DNA of 48,272 bases from an uncultured Gammaproteobacteria bacterium (GTDB lineage Bacteria; Patescibacteriota; Patescibacteriia; UBA9934), in contig CAZORP010000008.1 in the NCBI GenBank assembly GCA_964582615.1, positions 3,165-51,436 on the forward strand, read 5' to 3'. Each line of letters opens with the position of its first letter. Positions within the stretch are counted from its first letter, which is position 1. Positions 1 to 9,000 of the stretch are shown here, piece after piece. The notes below the pieces were generated by a model. It saw only the letters and a program-made list of their open reading frames with translations, made no database searches and was not told the DNA's origin. Position numbers and translations under genes: made by a program.

Positions 1-55
1 TACCGGAGCCGCGAGGTCGTCTGGCGTGAGAGATCCACTTGTGAGGAATCCTCCG
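1..55. repeat. Exact 55-nt direct repeat, copy 1 (copy 2 at 610..664)
   Basis: taccggagccgcgaggtcgtctggcgtgagagatccacttgtgaggaatcctccg is identical at 1..55 and 610..664. The flanks diverge immediately after it. Confidence 0.95.
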
Positions 56-3000
56 CGAAGTCCGCCAATGCTACCGACAATCGTGAGGGATGGTGTTGCA
101 CCGGTGTCAGGTACCCCACCTTCTTCTAGCGTGAGCGTGAGGACGCTGTCCCCTGTTCTTGTGAGTGTTGTCACCGTGTAACCGTCGAGCGTGACGTCCG
201 AGGCGTCGAGTGTGAGTGCATCCACATCTTCCGAGAGCGTGAGGATGACGTGGTCAAGGTAACCATCTTCGTCAGCGTCTTGGGTGTCTGCACTTACAAG
301 ACTTGGTGCAAAGGACTCTGTTGTAAAGGTTGCGGGAAGGACGAGGCTTGCAAGGGTCACAAGGGTGTTGCCTGCAAGATCCTCTCCCGTGGGCAAGCTT
401 AGCGTGACGTCGCTTGCGTAGTCCCAAGCATCTGTGTGCGTGAGGGTAAGTACCGTGTCACCAAGGGACCATACCTCTGCGAGATCTGCAGGTTCGTCAG
501 AGAAGACGAGCGACACGAGTGTCGTGTTCATGGGCTCGGAGAAGGTAAGGACGACATCCTGTGTACGTGCAACATTGGTCTGTCCATCTTCTGGGGTGAG
601 CGTGAGAAGTACCGGAGCCGCGAGGTCGTCTGGCGTGAGAGATCCACTTGTGAGGAATCCTCCGTTGATACCAGAAATGGTATCAACGATCGAAACGCTA
701 GGTGTAGCTCCCGTATCAGGAACTCCGCCCTCCATAAAGGTGACCACAATCTCATCAACATCCCCTCGAACAGCTGAGGTTACCGTATATCCATCTACGA
801 GAATATCACCTACATCAATACTCTCAGCGATAATTTCTTCTGAAAAAGAAATGGTAACGCCATCAAGGTAACCATCAGCATCTGCATCTATTGTTGCCGA
901 AGAAACAAGTGAAGGATTGAGCACTTGAATTCTAAATGTCGCAGGAAGTACCGCTCCGGTTGCCGCATCGATAAATGCATTTCCCGAAGGATCGGGAGCG
1001 GCAAGTATGGAAAAAGTTACATATTCAGCATACGACCAAGGTCCAGTATGCGATATGGTGAGAATCTTATTATCAACACTCCACGAATCAGAAATTCCCG
1101 ATGGCATCGATGAAAGATCATAACTCACCATGCCTGTCGCCAATGATTCACTAAAGGCGGCAGTGATATCTGCATAAGGATCAACTTCGCTATCTGCATC
1201 AGCCGGTGTCAGCGTAATGAGCACTGGAGAGGCTTCGTCGGCAAGTGAATGCGTTGCGATGGATGAAACAATGTTATTCGCCGCATCACGAAGGTGAGCT
1301 GTATCGCTATAGGAAATCTCAGGCTCAACTCCCCCACTCGATCCCGTAGTAAATGAATCGGCTGTGACAGAGAATTCTAATGTTGTCGTTCCATTTCCAC
1401 CGTAAAGTCCAGAAAGCGCAAGTCCCGAGAGATCATTTGCATCAAGTGTCCAGTCAAGTGCATCAAAGGTGATAAGTGCCGGCTCGGTAAATACTAGATG
1501 AACGCGATCAACCGTACCATCTTCATTGACATCTTGGTAGGCTGGTAGATTTCCCGCATCGGTACGAAGAATTGGCATTGCGCCATCACGAACCGTTGTT
1601 GCAGAGAAGGACTGTAGACGATTTCCCGAAGGGTCTTCAACGTATCCCAAAAGAGGCTCAAAAGATAGCGTAGGCTGAGATCCCCCAACGGAAATTCCCG
1701 TAAGCCAATCTTGTGCTGTTGCCGAAAGATAAATCGTGGAAGATCCACTACCACTTTCATAACCCGTAATTGTAAGGTCAGTAATGCTATTTGGCACAAT
1801 ATACCAATCCGTCGATCCGTACGAAATGGAAATCGGCTCGGTAAACATCAAACGAACGCGATCAATCGTTCCATCACTATCCGCATCCTCGTAACGAGGT
1901 GAGAGACCGTTATCCGAACGCAAGCGAGGATCGGCATCATCGATAAGCGTCGAGAAGTTAAAAGCGCTTAATGCATTTCCCGCACCATCAGTGAGTGAAT
2001 TTGGACTGCCACCAAGCCCCGTGTAGCCGAACGAGATATCCAGAGCTGTAGTATATTCAGGAGATCCCGTAAGGGTAAAGCGTAGGGATGTTCCCGGGAG
2101 TGAAGGACACGCCACGAAGGAAATATCCCCCACGTCAGGGCCTCCAAAGGCATAATCATTAGCCTCACACACACCAACAGCAACCTCTTCAGAAAAGACA
2201 ACATCAATAGCATCAATTTGTCCATCACTATTTTCATCAACATACTTAGCAGAAAGAGCTTCAGCAGAAGCCCCGTCGGCAAGCGTACCAAGAGAGAGGG
2301 ACGTTCGAGCGTTTCCAGCATCATCGACTAAGGATCCGATTGTCGCCGTGAAGATAACAAAAGGACCAGTAACCGCCCCTGTTATATGTGCATTTGCCGT
2401 TGCAGAAAAAAGAATTTCATCAGTGCCGTTTCCCGAACTAATTCCTGTAATATCAAATCCCGTAAGGTTATTAGCAGTAACATCCCAATCCCCATCGCTA
2501 TAAACAATGGTTACATTTTCAGTAAACACTACTCGAACAATATCCACAACTGACTCCCCACTCTTTTCATAACGAGCACTCACAACGCGTGGAAGTGCAA
2601 GGTCAGTCAGTGTCTGGCTTGAAAACGTTGCGGCAGAATTTCCGACATCATCAACAATAGAGTTGGCAACAATACCTCCTCCTGAATACGCCAGCGTAAG
2701 TGAAAGCGAAGTCGTGTCCTCGGGAGTTCCCGAGAGGACTAAAGAAAGCGTACTTCCCGCAATACTACAAGAAGCTATCGTAACCCCCGAGCTTCCCGAC
2801 CCACCCAAAACGTAATCATCTTCTTCGCATGATGATCCCTCGATAGATTCCGAGTAAACAACCTGGGCTCGATCAATTCTTCCGTCACTATTTACGTCAA
2901 TATACTTCCAAGAATATGCAACAGGAGCCGCTCCATCGGTAGAAATAATCTCCCCCGAAGTCATATATTGACCACCCGCTCCCTGCACCGAACCAACGAC

Positions 3001-6000
3001 CGTAACCGTTGGAGTCGCCCCGGTGGTATACGTCGTCTCCGTGAGCGTGAGAGTTATCTCCCCTGACGCAGTTCTCGAGGCACCTGTAACCGTATATCCG
3101 CCGACGGAAAAATCCCCCGCCGCAACGGTTCCTGAAATAATATCCTCCGAAAGAGAAAGAACGATGGTGTCAATCTTTCCGTCAGCATCAAGATCTTGAG
3201 TTTCTGCGGACACAAGCTCCGGAGTAGTGACAGCGATAGAAAATGTTGCGGGATGCGTTACCCCAGAAGACCCGCCAGCAAACGTATTTCCAGAAGCATC
3301 CGGAGCGGCAGTCACCGTGAAAGTAACATCAGATCCACTCGTCCAAGCCTCAGCATGAGAAAGTGTAAGAAGTGTATTGCTCAAAGACCAGGCCTCTGAA
3401 AGATCCGCCGGGGTCTGAGAGAGCGTGTATGAAACTGAAGCTGTCACGACAGGTTCGGTAAATGCAACCGCAATATCAGCGATTCCAGAAACATCTACAT
3501 CGTCATTCGCCGGACTCAACGAAAGTATTCTCGGACGAGCACCATCAAGAAGCGACATCTCTGAAATTGTCATCAGCGCATTTCCATAATCATCCTCAAG
3601 TGATCCAAGTGTCGCTAAAAATTCCAGAGTCGGTTGAGTTCCCGTGCCAACACCCGTCAATCCAGCATCAGCAGATGCGGAGAGGTAAAGGGTTTCAGTT
3701 CCATTTCCTGAAGCGTATCCCGTAACCGTGAAAGCGCTCAAATCATTGGATGATGCACTCCAGTCACTTGCATCAAATGTCAACGTTACATTTTCGGTAA
3801 AAAGAAGTCGAACACGATCAATAGTTCCGTCACCGTTCGCATCTTCGTATCGTGGAGCCGAACCTCCAGCAAGAAGCACGGGAGCGGCAAGATCGACATG
3901 ACTTTCATTGAGGTCAGGTGAGCTTGTAACATTAACCCCATCAGTCCACTCCCCCGCTATTCCAAAGATGTTTAGTGATCCTATTGCGGTATTCCTTGTC
4001 GACTGTCCAAGTACATTAGTCAAAACAATCGACGACGATGCTCCTGCGGGATCGGAAATAGTCGCAGAGGAAACGAGAGATCCGTCAGGAAGCCGTATAC
4101 TTCCAAAATCAGCAAGCACAGGAGCAGACCCATCATCAGTGTCAACATTTTCTGACCAAGAAATCGTCAATTTATCAATAAAACCATCAGCATTTACATC
4201 CTCAGCTTCGAGCGTTGCAATATGCGGTGCAGCACCATCGGCGATCATGAGATCGCCCCAAGAAGCGACAGGATTTCCTGAAATATCACGAAGACCATTT
4301 GCCGTACCAGACGATGCCGAGTACGAAAAGAGAATTCCTAAATCAGTATTTTCTTGAGCAAGATTTGAGAGTCCAAATCGAACATCGCTAGCATTTTCCG
4401 TGCACGAAGAAACCGAAAGACTTGGCGCCTCGGGGCTTGTTAGCGTGTAATCTCCACTCTCACAAAGGTCAACATCCATGGCCTCGGAGAAGGAAATGTC
4501 AACTCTATTCACCGAACCGTCAACATCGGTATCCTTATAAATCCCCGAGAGCACAATAGGAGCCGCTCCATCGTCAGGATTCGTATCGCCAAACGTAATC
4601 TCACCAGAAGAAGCTCCGCTTATTGTACCAACAATGCTCACCATTGGTGTTGCGGCGGTATCGTAAGAAAGCTTCTCGTCAAGCACGATAGTTACGACTC
4701 CACTTGCCGTTCGTGATGCGGAGAGAACATCATAGCCATCAACCAAGAAGTCAGAACCATCAACCGTAATATCCTGAATATCCTGGTCAAAACTTACTTC
4801 AATTGCATCAATATATCCGTCGGTGTCAAAATCTCTTGTTATCGATCCTGTAAGTACTGGGTCAATAATTACCGCAACAATGGTGAACGTTGTTGGATTC
4901 GCAACACCCGAAACACTACCTTCAAATATATTTCCTGCAGCATCGGGGGCGCTGGCTATTTCGAAGTCAATGATTGCCGCCTCTGAAAAGTCTCCCACGT
5001 GCGAAATCGTAAGCGTCGTGTCACTTAGTGACCACGTGTCAGAAATTCCTGACGGCGTCTCAGAAAGAGTATATCCAACACTTCCCGTTGCAATAGATTC
5101 GCTAAATACTGCAACAATATCAGTATTAGCAGACACTTCAGTTGATCCGTTTGTGGGGCTAACCGAAAGCAATACTGGACCAGCGTAGTCATTAAGACTC
5201 TGCGTTGAAAATGAGGTCAATGCATTACTATCACCATCAATAAGAGATCCCGATCCTGCCGAGAAAGAAATGGTTGGCTGAACACCAGTGCCAACACCTG
5301 TAACATCACTTACCGCGGTTGCATTAAGATAGATAGTCGAAGAACCCGAACCCGAGGCATATCCTGTAACATCAAAACTCGCAAAATCATTCTGCGTAAT
5401 TGTCCAATCCGTATCTGCATACGTAACCGAAACATCTTCAGTGAACACCAACCGAACACGATCAATAGTTCCATTGGCATTCACATCCTCATATCGAGGA
5501 GCATTTCCTCCATCAGTTCTCAATAAAGGTGCCGCCAAATCTCCAAGAGTCACCGCATCAAAAGATGGCATAGCCTCAACCGAGACCGCCCCTTCTAAAG
5601 AATTTGCTGTGGCATTTTGCGCATCATACGCAATACGAACCGTAGTTGCCGTATCAAAAGCATTTCCTCCTGTAACCGTAAGCTGGACATCATCTCCCGA
5701 GACCGCGCATCCCGTGATTGTATAAAGACTTCCATCAAGGCCTGTAAGCGTATAGTCGGAAGCCTCACAACTCCCCACGGTCATCGCTTGAGAAAAACGA
5801 AGATCAAAACGATCAATCCGACCATCAGCGTTGCTGTCCTTGTACTTTCCGTAAAGAATAGCAATAGTTGCATTATCAACAAGTGATGCCGTCGAAATAC
5901 TTGAGCGACTATTTCCCGCATCATCAACAATACTTCCCCCCAATCCAGAAGAAAATGCGAGGGTCGGCTCAGTGCCACCAGAAACACCAACAATATCAGC

Positions 6001-9000
6001 CGCTGCCGTCGCATCGAGAGTAATAATTGTAGATCCATTTCCCGAAGCGTATCCCGTGACATCAAATCCCGTAAGGTCGTGTGCGGTAGCCGTCCAATTA
6101 GCATCACTGTACGTAAGCGTAACCGGCTCTGTAAAAATGAGAGTTACCGATGATACACCGCCGCTTGTGCTGTTATACGTTGGAGCATAGCCGCTATCCG
6201 TGCGCAACAGTGGAGCAACTCCGTCGATGAGTGGAGTTGAGGCCATTTCAGCAAATGCATTTCCCGAAGCATCAACCACAGATCCTGTCCCGGGAATAAA
6301 GGCAATTCTTGGTTCGGTACCACTACCAACACCGGTCTTTTGTGCGGAGGCTGTTGCGGAAAGATAGATCGTCTCCGTACCATTTCCCGAAAGATATCCT
6401 GTAACATCAAACGATGTGAGACTTCGTGCATTTGCCACCCAATCGGTATCGCTATACGTAAGCGTCGCGGGTTCGGTAAACACCAAACGAACCCTATCTA
6501 CCACACCATCATCATCAGCGTCTTCATACTTTGGACCCGACGAACCATCTGTACGAAGAACAGGAGCCGCGGCATCAGAAACCGCAGCATCAGTGATACT
6601 CGTAATGCTATTTCCTACATCATCAGCAATACTATTACTCAACCCCGCCGTTTGATTGTAGGAAAAAAGCACGTCAAGTAACGTGGTGTATTGGGGAGAT
6701 CCTGAAAGAGAAAGTTCAAGGGTATTCCCTGAGGTTCCACACGTTGTAACGCTCATCGAAGTACCATCGGCTCCCCCGAAATCATAATCACCAACCTCGC
6801 ACTCGCTGAGCACAATAACTTCACTAAAGGCAACGTCAATACGATCGACAGTTCCGTCATCATTGGTATCAAGATATTCATATAAGATTGGTCGAGGAGA
6901 TGTTGCGTCAAGCAATGTCGCCGCAGACCACGAGGCAATCGCACGATCTCCTCCGTCAAGAAGCGAAGACGATCCATTGTCGTAAGCAATGGTAAGATCG
7001 AGGTTTGTATCGTTTGCAGGAGTTCCCGAAATGGTGAGCTGCAAATCCTCTCCCGAAACCGCACATGATGCAACCGCAATACCAGAAGCATCCGTGCCTC
7101 CAAAGGTATAATCACCTGAAGAGCAAGATCCAACCTGAAGCTCTTCGGTGAAGGTGATATCAAGACGATCGATCTGTGCATCAAGATTCGTATCGCGATA
7201 CGATTGGTTCGTCTTTAGTGGTAATGCATAATCCGTAAGAGTTCTCGCAGAAAAACTTGAAATCGCCGCACCCGCTGCATCGATAATCGAACCACCACTT
7301 CCCGCGGAAAAAGCCAAGGTAGGCTCGGTTCCCAGAGCGCCAACGCCCGTTCTTCCCTCTTCCGCTGTAGCGGAAAGATACACCGTTGTCGTTCCATTTC
7401 CCGAAAGATAGGAACCAACATCAAAAGAAGAGAACGTTCCGTCAACCGCACTCCAGTTTGCATCAATATAGGTAACCGTCACTGATTCAGAGAAAACCAA
7501 ACGCACTCTATCTACCGTTCCGTCGGTATTATTATCCTCATATCTCGGAGCATTTCCTCCATCGTTACGAAGGTAGGGAGCGGCGCCATCAGCGAGTGTT
7601 GTTGAAGAAATGCTTTCGAGGACATTTGAAGATCCGTCTATGATACTTCCTCCACTTTGCAAAAAGGCAAGGGTTGGAGCCGTTCCTGAACCAACACCCG
7701 TCACGCCCGATGCCGCCGTAGCAGAAAGGTAGATTGTTGTCGTTCCATTTCCTGAAGTATAGCCCGTAACATCGAAGTCCGTGAGATCGTGGTCGGTTGC
7801 CGTCCAATCACCATCACTATACGTTACGGTTACTGCCTCACTAAATACTAAGCGAACCCTGTCTACCTGACCATCTCCCGTAGCATCTTCATATTTTGGA
7901 GCGTTCGAACCATCGGTACGAAGTACCGGAGCAGCAACATCAAGTAAAGATTCTCCATCATCAGGATTTGTCGTGGCATTTGTACCATCAGTCCACTGCG
8001 ATGTAATGCCATTAATTCCGAGAGATCCTGCTGCGGTGTTTATCGTCGTCTGGCCTGTCACATTTGTAAGCGTCACCACAGATGACGACCCTGCGGGATC
8101 GGAAATAGTCGCAGAAGCTACCGATTGTCCATCGGGAAGCGTAATCGTTCCAAAATCTGCCAAGACGGGAGCAGATCCATCATCAGTATCGACATTCTCA
8201 CTCCACGTTACCGTCAGCTTATCAATAAGACCGTTGGCATTGGTATCCTCACTTTCAAGAGAAAGAATTGCAGGAGCAGCACCATCGGTTACCGTACGCG
8301 CGGAAGAAAAAGTAGCAACGCTATTTCCCGAAGCATCAACAAGCCGATTTCCTCCGTTGGTATAGAGAATTTGAGGACTTACTGCGGAAGAGGTTTCTCC
8401 TGCATCCGCAGATACCGTCACCGCAATCGTTTCCGTTGATGAGGAAGATGCACCTGTGTCAGCAAGCGTTACACTTCCCGCGGTAGGAAAGCTCCAATCC
8501 GCGCTATTGTATGATGAAAGTGTCACTATTTCAGAGAACAGTATGTGAACGACATCAAGCGTTCCGTTCCCAGAAATATCTTTATACGCCGCAGAAATTG
8601 CCACCGGAGCGGCATCGTCGGTAAGCGAAGCGCTGCTTATGTTAGCAAGAGCATTTCCCGCACTATCTTCAAGAGAGTTTGCCGTTCCCGACGAAGCCGT
8701 ATAGCTCAACGTTAATGCAAGTGACGTATCATACGATGGCCCACCGGTGAGGGTGAGTGTGAGCGTATCGCCCAAAACACTACATGCACTCACCGCAAAT
8801 GAACCCGCATCCAAACCTCCGAAACTATAATCAGCTGCATCACACTCCCCTAGTGCAATATCCTCAGAAAAGAGTGCCGTAAGGGTATCAACCGTTCCAT
8901 TAGCATCTCCATCGGTATAAGTTCCCGATTGCCAAAGTGGAGCAGCGCCATCAGTTGAAGTAATATCACCAGAGGTTGTAGGATTTCCTGAAGTATCCGT

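Noticed and set aside
7903-7911. GTTCGAACC, a tRNA T-loop-like motif. More generally, a search for tRNA, rRNA, tmRNA or SRP RNA in the 234-nt (37928-38161) and 252-nt (43274-43525) gaps.
   Set aside because: The motif lies inside the giant CDS and has no cloverleaf context. Neither gap shows acceptor or anticodon stem arrangements or conserved SRP/tmRNA motifs.
3908-8365. Plus-strand ORFs inside 1..11277 (e.g. 3908-4357, 4823-5188, 7973-8365, 10433-10750). 3908-4357 and 7973-8365 have strikingly similar translations.
   Set aside because: They are antisense shadows of the giant minus-strand frame. T/S/G/D/A-rich coding leaves few stops on the opposite strand. Their mutual similarity simply mirrors the E-module repeat at a 4,047-nt offset.
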